DNA of 38,721 nt from a virus (lineage: Duplodnaviria; Caudoviricetes). Location of the stretch: the IMG/VR virus record IMGVR_UViG_3300030708_003143, positions 1-38,721 of that record; one strand, written 5' to 3'. Shown piece by piece: positions 17,330 through 27,583 of this stretch (positions within the stretch are counted from its first letter, which is position 1; each line of letters begins with the position of its first letter). Position numbers and translations under genes: made by a program. The notes beneath the pieces are model-generated. The model was not told where the DNA came from, did no database searches, and saw only the letters and a program-made list of their open reading frames with translations.

Positions 17330-18142
17330 TTATCCTTGTATGATATAAAGAGTTCCAGTGACAGGTGTGATTGACGCATATGATGCGGATGTCATGACTT
17401 CTATTATATTGGTCGTGGATGAACTTACAAAACCTGACTCACTAATTTGTGTAGAACCACTTATCAGACCACTTGGTAGTTGTAATGAACCACTAATAAC
17501 ACCATCAGGAAGCTGTGATGTTATAGACCCACTCAATATACCACTATTTTGAGTGATTTGTACTGAACCACTAATAGTTCCACTTGGTAAAATAGAGGTT
17601 ATCTGAGATGAACCACTCACGATTCCACTCGGTAGTTGACCACTACCACTTATTATTCCACTTGGTAATTGACCACTTCCACTAATTACACCACTTGGTA
17701 ATACGGATGTTATCTGTGATGAGCCACTAATGATTCCACTTGGTAATTGTGATGAACCACTAATTATCCCACTTGGGACATTTGTCAAATCTGTGTAAGA
17801 GGATACTCCACTACCACCAGCTGCAAGTGAAGCTGATGTAAATATTCCACCACCTACATTTATCACTCCAAATGAACCAGTCCCACTTCCGCTAATATCT
17901 CCACTTGAAGTCACGGCTGTGAATAGATGAGTTGAACCACTAATGATTCCACTTCCATCCGTAATTTGAGCAGAACTACTTACAATACCATCACCTGTGG
18001 TGTTCAAATATTTAGAGTCAAAACTTGTGGTGTTGGAAGGTCTGTCAACCACCCATACGGTTCCATCGAAACGATACACCACACCATTACTGGCGGTATG
18101 TGTATCTCCATTTGAGGCTCCATCAGGAAAATTAAAAGCCAT
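17330..18142 (-). CDS. fibre-like virion protein with LPSGIISGSSQ repeats
   Basis: N-terminal NFP..ASNGDT...YRFDGTVW module; C-terminal SYASITPVTGTLYII. Confidence 0.65.
   Translation of the reverse strand: MAFNFPDGASNGDTHTASNGVVYRFDGTVWVVDRPSNTTSFDSKYLNTTGDGIVSSSAQITDGSGIISGSTHLFTAVTSSGDISGSGTGSFGVINVGGGIFTSASLAAGGSGVSSYTDLTNVPSGIISGSSQLPSGIISGSSQITSVLPSGVISGSGQLPSGIISGSGQLPSGIVSGSSQITSILPSGTISGSVQITQNSGILSGSITSQLPDGVISGSLQLPSGLISGSTQISESGFVSSSTTNIIEVMTSASYASITPVTGTLYIIQG
17447..17779 (-). repeat. about 9 degenerate 33-bp coding repeats (LPSGxISGSxQ)
   Basis: Recurrent ccactaat..ccacttggta units. Confidence 0.85.
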
Positions 18143-18197
18143 GATTATTTCTCCTTTACAATAAGTATTCTACCACAATAAATAGAATATTATGGCC

Positions 18198-18227
18198 AAA
18201 AAAAAGGGGGAATCACTTCCCCCTTTT
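18198..18227 (-). terminator. intrinsic terminator of 18245-18466
   Basis: AAAAGGGGGAA-TCAC-TTCCCCCTTTT with a U-tract on the minus strand. Confidence 0.85.
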
Positions 18228-18244
18228 CTGTGCACCGATAATAG

Positions 18245-18466
18245 CTATTTACGGAATAAACCCACTAACACCAATAAAGCGACTAATCCAGCGAAACCGG
18301 ATTCGCCGAATTTATTTATGATTAGTGTTAGGTTACCAATAACATTGACACCAAAGACACCAGTACCGAATATTACTTCGGATATAGCACCTATGGCGAC
18401 AAAGGATAGTAATAGATGAGCTAAATCATCTACCCAACCTTTGACGAGTGTTATGATTTCCTTCAT
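18245..18466 (-). CDS. small hydrophobic membrane protein
   Basis: GGGAGA RBS; two hydrophobic segments, GFAGLVALLVL. Confidence 0.8.
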   Translation of the reverse strand: MKEIITLVKGWVDDLAHLLLSFVAIGAISEVIFGTGVFGVNVIGNLTLIINKFGESGFAGLVALLVLVGLFRK

Positions 18467-18667
18467 TATTGTTTTCTCCCGTTGTTTGTTCTTATCACTA
18501 AACAGAAAAGGGATGTTTAACTTCCTCAGTTCTGTACTCAGACAGGATGCCCGAGTATATATAAATATTAGTTTACAAAAACTTTATATTGCCAATATAT
18601 ATGACTCAATTTGTGGTTTTATACTATTTATTTATGAATTATTGTACCAAATAACATAGGAAGTATT

Positions 18668-19060
18668 ATGTCAACTGAATACGAATTGTTTAAAGGTAAA
18701 TCACTATCATCACTTTTTGAGGATATATATAATAATTCCAAACATAATAAACACCAATTAGAAGTATTGGTCAAAGAAGTTACGAGTTTCATCAAGGATG
18801 GGGATATGGCCGTTCAACTTATCCCAATGATAAAAGAGTATTTAGAAATAAATGTAAAGAATGATGAACAACTCGTTAAACTTGCTGGTATTGTTCAAAG
18901 AATCATAGCCAACGAAAACAAAGGTGGTTCTGAAGCTGAGTTTGGATTATCTGATAGAGAAAAGGAACAATTACTGAAAAGTATTGATGATGTTGTAGTT
19001 GATTTACAATCTAAGACAGACGAAATCACACAAGATATAGAAGAAGTCAAAGGAAATTAA
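18668..19060 (+). CDS. conserved phage hypothetical protein
   Basis: First gene of the structural operon; IKEYLEINVKNDEQLVKLA. Confidence 0.75.
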   Translation: MSTEYELFKGKSLSSLFEDIYNNSKHNKHQLEVLVKEVTSFIKDGDMAVQLIPMIKEYLEINVKNDEQLVKLAGIVQRIIANENKGGSEAEFGLSDREKEQLLKSIDDVVVDLQSKTDEITQDIEEVKGN

Positions 19061-20590
19061 ATGGCAAGATGGGGAAAAAACTCCTCCTACACCTACACAG
19101 GCCGTAAGAAAAAAACATTCGACCAAAATACAGGTGGATTGGCTACAAGTGGTGTAGTATCGAGTAGAATATCGAGAGAATCAACAGCCCCAAACTCATG
19201 GGAGTTCTATGAAATAGAACTTGCAGAAGTTATGTTTGTTTACGATACCGTAGAAAGTTTACCAAAAGATAATAATGGTAATCCTCTATGGGCCCTTATG
19301 GGTGCTATAAAGGCAAGAAACCAAGAATCTGATAAAGGAAAATTAGTTGGTGATTTAAGAATTTACTTTCCGTTGACTCCTAATCAGACACAAGTTCCTT
19401 TGAGAAATGAAACCGTAATAACCCAAAAATACAATGACACATATTACTATCAAAGAATAGCCTTATATCCTCAGAGTCCTAATGCTAATGTGTTACCAGG
19501 TTTGAGTGGTAATCAAACCGAAGATGAATTAGAGGATAACTATTTATACGACAATTTCGAATTGAACAAAAATTTTGGTTTTGATGAAAGAGTAAAACCA
19601 CTTTTAATTCACGAGGGTGATACAATATTTCAAGGCAGATTTGGACACTCTATAAGATTCGGAAGTGCTATAGTACCCGACGCACACCAAGAACCCGACA
19701 CAATACAAAACTCACCAAATATTTTATTTCGTGCTGGACAAAGAGAAGATGCAGGATTGGGGTTTTTACAACCTGTCGAAGAAGATATAAACAAAGATGC
19801 TTCAAGTGTTTGGATTACAACAAATCAAAAGGTGATGTTAGATATTTCAAACACAAACGCAACCGACCATCGATACATGACAAGTGAACATGGAGATGAC
19901 CAACCAAGTCGTGGCGGTAAACAAATCACAATCAATTCCGATAGGATAACATGGAATAGTAAAGATGGAAAACTATTAGGATTTTCATCCAAAGGAATTG
20001 GATTTTCAACACAAGGTAGTTTTAGTGTTGACGCAGATAATGGTATGCAGATGAATTCAGGTGGGGCAACAAACATGAGTATGGTACCAGGTGGTATCAG
20101 TTTGGTAACACCAGGTAACTCAAGATTAGATTTAGGTCAAGGTGGAGAAGGTGGTGGTTCTGATACTATTTATTTGTCAAGTGAATGTCCATCTTTTTTA
20201 ACCTTAAATGATAAAGCCCATTTGGAAAGTTGTAAGGGTGCAAATGTACACCTTGATGATTGTGCTGGATTATACACGGACAACGGAAGTTATTTTAAGA
20301 TTGGTGGTAGTAAAGATGAGGCTGTAATTTATGTAAAGGGTCGTGATGATGTCAAAGAACAACACTTGGTATTCGGTGAGAAACTTACTGAAATATTAGA
20401 TTTGATGTTAGCATCACAAGAAGCATTAATTGATACAGTTATGTCATTTGCAGGAATACCAACAGGTGCAGGCCCGAGTGGCCCGATTAGTGGAGGCCCA
20501 CCGAATCAAGCTTTGGTGGACACTTTTAAACAATCAACCGTTGAAGTTATTCGAGCACAGATTTGTGATATATTGACACGAGTTGAATAA
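19061..20590 (+). CDS. baseplate hub/spike protein (gp5/VgrG-like)
   Basis: EGDTIFQGRFGHSIRFGS, beta-rich C-terminal half, GPSGP tip; upstream of the gp25-like gene. Confidence 0.6.
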   Translation: MARWGKNSSYTYTGRKKKTFDQNTGGLATSGVVSSRISRESTAPNSWEFYEIELAEVMFVYDTVESLPKDNNGNPLWALMGAIKARNQESDKGKLVGDLRIYFPLTPNQTQVPLRNETVITQKYNDTYYYQRIALYPQSPNANVLPGLSGNQTEDELEDNYLYDNFELNKNFGFDERVKPLLIHEGDTIFQGRFGHSIRFGSAIVPDAHQEPDTIQNSPNILFRAGQREDAGLGFLQPVEEDINKDASSVWITTNQKVMLDISNTNATDHRYMTSEHGDDQPSRGGKQITINSDRITWNSKDGKLLGFSSKGIGFSTQGSFSVDADNGMQMNSGGATNMSMVPGGISLVTPGNSRLDLGQGGEGGGSDTIYLSSECPSFLTLNDKAHLESCKGANVHLDDCAGLYTDNGSYFKIGGSKDEAVIYVKGRDDVKEQHLVFGEKLTEILDLMLASQEALIDTVMSFAGIPTGAGPSGPISGGPPNQALVDTFKQSTVEVIRAQICDILTRVE

Positions 20591-21168
20591 TGGCACTGGA
20601 TAAAAAAAAACTTAAACAGGCATTAGTTGATAATTATAGTAAACTAGCCGAGGATGGAAACGCATCAAAATCAGATTCGGCAGATGGAATGGCAACGGCC
20701 ATCGTTGAGTTCATGAAGGACGCTGAAATAGTACCTGTTGGAAGTCCAGCACTTACACCAGCCGTACCATCACCGATACCTGACCCAACATCGTTAGGTA
20801 CTCCATTGAAAGTTATGGGTATTGATGGAGCTAAAGCACCATTGAAAACTGCAATATTAGGTAGTTTCAATTTAGAAGACCCTTCAATGGGACAGATTAC
20901 AAGTGGTATTGTGACGGCAGCAGCTTTAATGATAAACTTTGGAAATCCATCTGTAAAATCGGCAACAGGAGCAAGTGTGATGAGTGTTCCGCCTGTATTG
21001 GCACCAGCAACGGCGGTAGGAATGGGTGGTGGTAGTATCGATGATGTTTGTGATAGTATAGCCACTATTATAACGGCTTCGTTTTTATCAACTGTGTTTA
21101 ATGGAGCAGTCATACATACAGCAAGTGGAGCAGTGATACCAGGTGTGGTATCTAGCACAATAATTTAG
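20590..21168 (+). CDS. putative baseplate/spike-associated protein
   Basis: Ala/Gly/Pro-rich; coupled to the gp5-like gene. Confidence 0.55.
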   Translation: MALDKKKLKQALVDNYSKLAEDGNASKSDSADGMATAIVEFMKDAEIVPVGSPALTPAVPSPIPDPTSLGTPLKVMGIDGAKAPLKTAILGSFNLEDPSMGQITSGIVTAAALMINFGNPSVKSATGASVMSVPPVLAPATAVGMGGGSIDDVCDSIATIITASFLSTVFNGAVIHTASGAVIPGVVSSTII

Positions 21169-21182
21169 AATAGGAGTCTAAA

Positions 21183-21701
21183 ATGAAAAAGAAAGAACTA
21201 ATAAAAATATTAGAGACATTAGTTCGTAAGGAAGTTAAGAAACAGGTAAATGAGATATTTATTAATGAAGGAAAGAAAGCTTTAGCAAGTCGTTCCATAG
21301 AAGATGAAGTCTCATCCTCTCTAACTCAAATAGCAGAACAAGAGTACACCCAACCTAAACCAAAAAAGAAAGTTTATAAAGAGTATACTAAAAATGAATC
21401 TCTAAATAAAATTTTGAACGAAACGGCTGGAGGTATTCCACAAGGTGATTCTGAATATCCGACAATGGGTGGTGGGACTTATACCTCTGATAGAGTTCAC
21501 GAACTCATGGGTGGAAATCCAATGATGAGAAATACTCCACAAGGTAAGGAAAAGGCAAGACAAGTCGGAGCGGTAGAATCGTTAAAGGCACAAGGTGTAA
21601 GTTCTGAACAAGTAGGTGAAGATGTTGTAAACGCACTCACAAGAGATTATAGTGGATTGATGAAAGCTATGAATAAGAAAAAAGAACCATTTCGTCCATA
21701 G
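21183..21701 (+). CDS. conserved phage hypothetical protein
   Basis: AGGAG RBS; LNKILNETA and ALTRDYSGLMKAM motifs. Confidence 0.75.
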   Translation: MKKKELIKILETLVRKEVKKQVNEIFINEGKKALASRSIEDEVSSSLTQIAEQEYTQPKPKKKVYKEYTKNESLNKILNETAGGIPQGDSEYPTMGGGTYTSDRVHELMGGNPMMRNTPQGKEKARQVGAVESLKAQGVSSEQVGEDVVNALTRDYSGLMKAMNKKKEPFRP

Positions 21702-21711
21702 GAGAAATTAG

Positions 21712-22131
21712 TTGTCAAGTGTATTAGAAAAAGATTTAGATCCTGATGTAAAAATTGGTGTACCATTACCAATGGATCATACTGATGGTAGTGGTTTTTT
21801 TCCTGGTACTTCAACAACCCTAACACAAACAAGTAGTAATATTAGAAACTTACTATTGACTAATAAAGGTGAACGAGTTGGACAACCTGAATTTGGATGT
21901 GGTCTTTTACAAGTATTATTTGAACCCATGTCTGAAACCTTAATCGATGATGTGAAGTCTACAATTGAAGAAGCAATGTCTCAATGGTTACCTCATGTAA
22001 TTGTGAAAGAATTAAGTGTTCAACCTGATGAAGATGAACCTAACAAACTAATTATTGAAATAGAATTCTCTTTGACGATAAGACCTGAAGTACATGAAAG
22101 TCTTACATTAGATTTTCTAATTGGAGAGTAG
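21712..22131 (+). CDS. baseplate wedge protein, gp25/GPW family
   Basis: NIRNLLLTNKGERVGQPEFGCGL..LFEP...WLPHV. Confidence 0.9.
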   Translation: MSSVLEKDLDPDVKIGVPLPMDHTDGSGFFPGTSTTLTQTSSNIRNLLLTNKGERVGQPEFGCGLLQVLFEPMSETLIDDVKSTIEEAMSQWLPHVIVKELSVQPDEDEPNKLIIEIEFSLTIRPEVHESLTLDFLIGE

Positions 22132-22141
22132 GAGAAACTAA

Positions 22142-24127
22142 ATGCCACAAAAAGAAATAAGATATTTAAATAAAGATTTTGATTCATTCAAATCGAATCT
22201 TATCGAGTTTGCAAAACAATACTATCCTAATACCTATAATGATTTTAACGAGTCATCACCAGGTATGATGTTTATTGAAATGGCATCTTATGTTGGTGAT
22301 GTTCTTTCATATTATGTAGATTCTCAGTTTAAAGAACAACTATTAGCATATTCCACAGACCAACAAAATTTGTATGAGATGGCACAATCATTTGGATATA
22401 AACCCAAGTTGGCTACAGCATCACAAGGTGTGGTTGATATTTTTCAAGTGGTTCCAGCACAAGGTAGTGGTGAAAATAATAAACCAAATTATTCATATGC
22501 TTTACAAGTCAATGAGGGTAGTACACTTGAATCTACTACAGGTGTGACATTTCGTGTTCGTGAAAATGTAAACTTTTCATATTCAAGTTCTTTTGACCCT
22601 ACTACGGTGACAACTTATGAAGTCGATAGTGGTAACGAAGTAACTTATTATTTATTGAAAAAATCTGTAAGAGTTGTAAGTGGAAATATTTCCGAAGAAC
22701 AAATTGTATTTGGAGGAGCAGAAAAATATCCGAGAGCTCTATTAGGACAAGCTAATGTATTGGAAATAATTTCTTGTACGGATAGTGATGGAAATAATTG
22801 GAAAGAAGTACCTTTTTTAGCACAAGATACTGTATTTGATTCCGTTAGAAATACAGAAGCAAACGATCCTGAATTATCACAATATAGTGATGAAGCTCCA
22901 TACATTTTAAAACTTCTAAAAACACCAAGAAGATTTGTTACATTTATTCGTGGTGATGGAAAAACAGAATTGAGATTTGGTAGTGGAATAAGTGACAATC
23001 CTGATGAAGAAATAATACCAAATCCAAATAATGTTGGTTCTTCATTACCTGGTAGTCCAACATATTTAGATACATATTTTGACCCAAGTAACTTTTTAAA
23101 TACAAAGGCTTATGGTCAAGCACCAGCAAACACTACCTTAACAATAAAATACTCATATGGTGGTGGGATAACAGACAATGTTCCAAGTGATACAATTACA
23201 TCTTTGTCGAACTTTCAATATACTATCAATACTAATGGTCTGAGTAGTGGTGTTTTAGACACAGTTGTAGAATCACTCGGAGTAACAAATCCACAGCCAA
23301 CCACTGGTGCAAAGGGAGCTGAAAGTACAAAAGAACTTAAAGAAAATGCACTTGCTTACTTCCAATCACAAGGAAGAGCAGTAACAAAAGAAGATTACAT
23401 AACAAGAGTTTATTCTTTACCACCAAAATTTGGAGCTGTAGCAAAAGCTTATATTGTACAAGATGAACAACTAAATTTACCTGCATTTCAAAAGGAAGTT
23501 TCAACAAATATATTTGTCGACCAAAGATTTAATGATGTGAAGGCTCAAGATGTTGGGAGTAGTAATAGATTACCAAATCCAAATGCACTCAATTTATATT
23601 GTTTAGGATACAATGGAAGTGGACAATTGACACAACTTAGTATTGCAACCAAAGAAAATATCAAAACCCATCTGTCACAATATCGTCTTGTAACGGATGC
23701 TGTAAATATAAAAAATGCATTTATAATTAACATTGGTGTGAAATTCAATTTTATAGCTAGAGCTGGATTCAATAAAGAAGAAGTTACACTTCGTTGTATC
23801 GAAAGGGTTAAACAATTCTTCAATGTAGCTAGATGGCAAATTAATCAACCAATCATAATTCAAGAATTAGCTTATGAATTGTCCATAGTAGATGGGGTTG
23901 GAGCTATAGTACCTCCGACACAAGACAATCCAAAAAATTTACAAGTGTTGATTACTAATAAGTTTTCAAGCTCTGATGGTTACTCAGGTAATATTTATGA
24001 TATTAATTACGCAACCAAAGATGGTATAGTCTACCCATCACTCGACCCAAGTATATTTGAATTAAAGTATCCGAATACAGATATTGAAGGTCGGGCTATA
24101 GGTGACTCCACTGGTAATCAATTATAG
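22142..24127 (+). CDS. baseplate wedge subunit (T4 gp6 / baseplate-J-like)
   Basis: DFDSFKSNLIEF, YVGDVLSYY, FGYKPK, LRFGSG, QGRAVTKEDY. Confidence 0.88.
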   Translation: MPQKEIRYLNKDFDSFKSNLIEFAKQYYPNTYNDFNESSPGMMFIEMASYVGDVLSYYVDSQFKEQLLAYSTDQQNLYEMAQSFGYKPKLATASQGVVDIFQVVPAQGSGENNKPNYSYALQVNEGSTLESTTGVTFRVRENVNFSYSSSFDPTTVTTYEVDSGNEVTYYLLKKSVRVVSGNISEEQIVFGGAEKYPRALLGQANVLEIISCTDSDGNNWKEVPFLAQDTVFDSVRNTEANDPELSQYSDEAPYILKLLKTPRRFVTFIRGDGKTELRFGSGISDNPDEEIIPNPNNVGSSLPGSPTYLDTYFDPSNFLNTKAYGQAPANTTLTIKYSYGGGITDNVPSDTITSLSNFQYTINTNGLSSGVLDTVVESLGVTNPQPTTGAKGAESTKELKENALAYFQSQGRAVTKEDYITRVYSLPPKFGAVAKAYIVQDEQLNLPAFQKEVSTNIFVDQRFNDVKAQDVGSSNRLPNPNALNLYCLGYNGSGQLTQLSIATKENIKTHLSQYRLVTDAVNIKNAFIINIGVKFNFIARAGFNKEEVTLRCIERVKQFFNVARWQINQPIIIQELAYELSIVDGVGAIVPPTQDNPKNLQVLITNKFSSSDGYSGNIYDINYATKDGIVYPSLDPSIFELKYPNTDIEGRAIGDSTGNQL

Positions 24128-24136
24128 GAGATGTAA

Positions 24137-25255
24137 ATGCACTATTTTGAATACGCCGAAAAGGATTCTGTACTCTACTCAAGAAGTGGAAGTCAAAATA
24201 CAGGTATTGATGAAATTTTGGAAGTCACCAAGGATGTGAGTTCTGCTGGTGTCGTTCAAGGAGTAAGTAGAATTTTAATAAAATTCGATACCACATACAT
24301 ATCGTCATCGATATCAAGTGGACTTATCCCATCAAGTTCTTACACAAAATTTTATTTAAATTTATTTGATGCTAATTCTCGTGGTCTCAATGTAAACCAA
24401 AACTTATATGCTTATCCTGTGAGTCAATCTTGGGACATGGGGTATGGTAAAGAAGATAACAATCCAATAATTGGTGATGGTTGTAGTTGGAATTATAGAG
24501 ACAACGATACCACAAGGACTCAATGGAGTACTTTGATGACTGGTTCGGGTGGAACTTGGTACAACCAATATGAAGCTAGTCAATCTTTCAATAATGAACC
24601 AAGTGATGTAAGAATGGATGTTACCAACATAGTTTGGAATTGGGTTCATGGTGATGTACCAAACGAGGGATTTATGGTAAAGAGAAGTGGTAGTCTCGGA
24701 AATACTGATGCAAATCTTGATGAGGGTAGTGTAACACCAATGGGAACCTTTTCTTTCTTTAGTCGAGAGACACATACAATTTACCAACCAAAGTTAGAAG
24801 CTGTTTGGGATGATTCAGTTTGGTCAACTGGTTCATTGGAAGCCTTGACAAATGTAGAGTTAGAAGATGCAAGATTGTATCCGAGAAGTCAAAGGGAATC
24901 ATATAAGGAAGGTTCAAAGGTAAAGTTTAGAATTGTTGGTAGACCATTATATCCTGAAAAAACTTTTTCAGCAACAGCAGGATACTCTACTGGATATAAT
25001 ACTGCCAAGTATTTACCAAGTGGAAGTACATATTATCAAGTGGTAGATGCTTATACAGATGATGTCATTATTCCTTATGGAAGTGGTTCAATAGTAAGTT
25101 GCGATTCGACTGGAAATTTTTTCAATTTAGATATGAAAACATTATTAGCAGATAGATTTTATAGGGTTGAATATAAAGTTGTGAGTGGTAGTGGGACAAG
25201 TGATGAGACAATTCAATACTTTACATATCTACCATCATTTAAAGTGGTGAAGTAA
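24137..25255 (+). CDS. virion structural protein (DNRLRE-like)
   Basis: SRILIKFD, YPVSQSW, DVT..V..W....NEGF, FFSRE..PKLE. Confidence 0.6.
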   Translation: MHYFEYAEKDSVLYSRSGSQNTGIDEILEVTKDVSSAGVVQGVSRILIKFDTTYISSSISSGLIPSSSYTKFYLNLFDANSRGLNVNQNLYAYPVSQSWDMGYGKEDNNPIIGDGCSWNYRDNDTTRTQWSTLMTGSGGTWYNQYEASQSFNNEPSDVRMDVTNIVWNWVHGDVPNEGFMVKRSGSLGNTDANLDEGSVTPMGTFSFFSRETHTIYQPKLEAVWDDSVWSTGSLEALTNVELEDARLYPRSQRESYKEGSKVKFRIVGRPLYPEKTFSATAGYSTGYNTAKYLPSGSTYYQVVDAYTDDVIIPYGSGSIVSCDSTGNFFNLDMKTLLADRFYRVEYKVVSGSGTSDETIQYFTYLPSFKVVK

Positions 25256-25256
25256 G

Positions 25257-25586
25257 ATGCCTTTAACAAAAGAAGAATTACAAAACAGTGAATTCTACCA
25301 AAGATTAAAAGAACAAGATAGAGCACAATATCTAAGTGAATTAGAGCAAAAACGAATTCTAAATGATACGGTAGTCATTACTGAAGATGATAATAAGATT
25401 GAAAATCCTGATGCTCAACCATTGAGAAATGAGGCCGGTTTTTTTATAGCAGTTGAAGACCCTTACGAAGACAATGTAAATTTAAAGGATCCTGACCAAC
25501 TAATCAAGTTGGAAACAAAGACCACAACATATGTGTATGACCCTTATTGGTCTTTAATACTTGATAGAGAATTTAAAGAATTATGA
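25257..25586 (+). CDS. hypothetical protein in the structural operon
   Basis: Coupled ORF; terminal DREFKEL. Confidence 0.7.
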   Translation: MPLTKEELQNSEFYQRLKEQDRAQYLSELEQKRILNDTVVITEDDNKIENPDAQPLRNEAGFFIAVEDPYEDNVNLKDPDQLIKLETKTTTYVYDPYWSLILDREFKEL

Positions 25587-27583
25587 GAGTACAAACCGAC
25601 TTAACACAAAATGATTATAATCAATTAAAAAAAGAATCTAAGGAAGTCTTAGGACTCGATGGATTTCTTTATCCACCATTTGGTGCTTCTCAAGATTATG
25701 TTGAATACCATATTTTCGATATGAGTGGTAACTTTAAGGAAAGAAGTAAATCAGAAAATTACACACTCGAAGATGGTAAGATAATTTTAAACATAGGACA
25801 AGACTTTAGAGATTTAGGATATAATCGTGGTAATTACAGAATTAGATATTTTTTTGTTAGGCCAAGAGCTGGTAATGGTGATGAAGTTGTATTGACCAAA
25901 ACCGTTAATGACAATGTCGGTGTGATACACAGCGGTAATCCTGAGTTGACAGGTGTGTCTATGGGAGAGTTTCATATCGATGATGAGGGTAATGCTTTTG
26001 TAGGATTGGAACCACCACTCGAAGGAGAAGCTCTACCATTAGATGTTAAAGAATGGAAATATCAAATAAATGCTATTTCTTCGGATAGAACAGAAGTTAG
26101 TTTAGTACCACAGATTATTGATAATCTAAAATACAAAGATAATTTTCGTAAGTTAGTTGATGATAAAACACAATACTATTCTACAAAATCAGATATTCCA
26201 CAAGACGAGATAGCACAGGCTTATCAACAAGCTTTGGCTCTTCAAGTAAATCCTCAAGATTTGATAGACGAAATAATTGCTGACAATAGTGGTGGAGAGG
26301 TGAGTTTTACGGGACCTGATAGTTCAAGAATCGAGTTCAATTCAAGGGTTGAAAGTGATGATGGATTTGAAGAAAAGATGAGACAAGGTAAGATAGTCGT
26401 AAAAAATGCTTACATAACAGAATATCAAACCATACCCGATGTTCGTGAAAATTCTTCATTTAATGCTGAAGAGCCAATACCTGAATTATACATACAAGTT
26501 GTCAAGACACCAGGTACAAGAATTGTTGATTATCAATTATATACCCAAGATGGAAACATTTTCAATCCCAATGTAGATTCTGTTCAATTCTATTGGGAGT
26601 TTGGATGTGGTCATAAGCAGGAAACCTCAACGAGTTCCGCTGCTTCTCATCAATATGATGTAGATGGAAATTATACTCCATCGGTTTATGTGTTCACACC
26701 TAACTATTCCGAAGAAATAAGTGAGTTAAGGACACCAACAGGTAGAATACTCGACCTAATAGACTCGACACCTTCTCAGTTACCACCTGAAGCTGTGGAA
26801 GAAACCGAAGAGGTAACAGAAACAACACCTGAAGAGCTACCAATATTAGAAAGTGCGTTCGATGGTAAGATTGTCGGTTGGAATGGTAATGGTTTAGCAC
26901 CATTTTATTCAGCAGGTAGTAGTAGGTCAAGTGCAGGTACGAGATGGTGGGTACAAAATGGTCATACAAGAGCACTGGCATCCAATAATCAAAATTTACA
27001 AGATGCCTTAAGAAGTCTTGTAGGACAAGAACCTGATGATGATATCCTATTGTCTCGTGATATCATAAATGATTTGAGAATCGGGCCAAACTTAGACTAT
27101 ACTAACTTTGGTAATCCAACCGAAAATGAAATACAAAGAATTATAACTGTTGATTGGAGAGATGAAGGTAATCCTGATGATTTTCAAACGAATCGAAACG
27201 CTAGAGAAGAAGCAGCACCACCAGTCAATACTCAACAGATTACAATAACAGGTACTTTTTCAATCGAGACTCAAGGAGACCCGTTTGATGATAGACCTGA
27301 ATTTGAAACCTTAGACATTGAATTTCCATCAAATATGACCTATAGTCAGATTGGTGCGAATGTACAGCCTGTTGAAACACCTACTGAGAGTGGTACTAAT
27401 CTTACAATGTTTTTCCCCTCAGATACTAACATTACACTTACCTTTCCTCCATCTGTAGCCGGAGAATCATTTTTAAGAGCAGAACTTTTTGGAGGTGGAG
27501 GAGTAAATCAATCATTAAGACAGGTTTCATTCGATACCGATAGTGACAAAGAAATAGTATTAAGTTATGGAATTGAGCCGTAA
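25583..27583 (+). CDS. virion structural protein with PKD-like domain
   Basis: ISSDRTEV; FYWEFGCG..ASHQYDVDGNYT (PKD-like). Confidence 0.6.
   Translation: MRVQTDLTQNDYNQLKKESKEVLGLDGFLYPPFGASQDYVEYHIFDMSGNFKERSKSENYTLEDGKIILNIGQDFRDLGYNRGNYRIRYFFVRPRAGNGDEVVLTKTVNDNVGVIHSGNPELTGVSMGEFHIDDEGNAFVGLEPPLEGEALPLDVKEWKYQINAISSDRTEVSLVPQIIDNLKYKDNFRKLVDDKTQYYSTKSDIPQDEIAQAYQQALALQVNPQDLIDEIIADNSGGEVSFTGPDSSRIEFNSRVESDDGFEEKMRQGKIVVKNAYITEYQTIPDVRENSSFNAEEPIPELYIQVVKTPGTRIVDYQLYTQDGNIFNPNVDSVQFYWEFGCGHKQETSTSSAASHQYDVDGNYTPSVYVFTPNYSEEISELRTPTGRILDLIDSTPSQLPPEAVEETEEVTETTPEELPILESAFDGKIVGWNGNGLAPFYSAGSSRSSAGTRWWVQNGHTRALASNNQNLQDALRSLVGQEPDDDILLSRDIINDLRIGPNLDYTNFGNPTENEIQRIITVDWRDEGNPDDFQTNRNAREEAAPPVNTQQITITGTFSIETQGDPFDDRPEFETLDIEFPSNMTYSQIGANVQPVETPTESGTNLTMFFPSDTNITLTFPPSVAGESFLRAELFGGGGVNQSLRQVSFDTDSDKEIVLSYGIEP

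Noticed and set aside
17447-17779. CRISPR array or DGR-like repeats
   Set aside because: The repeats are degenerate, in-frame and protein-coding, with no unique spacers and no cas or reverse transcriptase gene.
19061-24127. Bacterial T6SS or extracellular contractile injection system
   Set aside because: No Tss membrane complex or Afp-type ATPase is present, and the surrounding gene content and density fit a large phage. It cannot be fully excluded without capsid or terminase genes.
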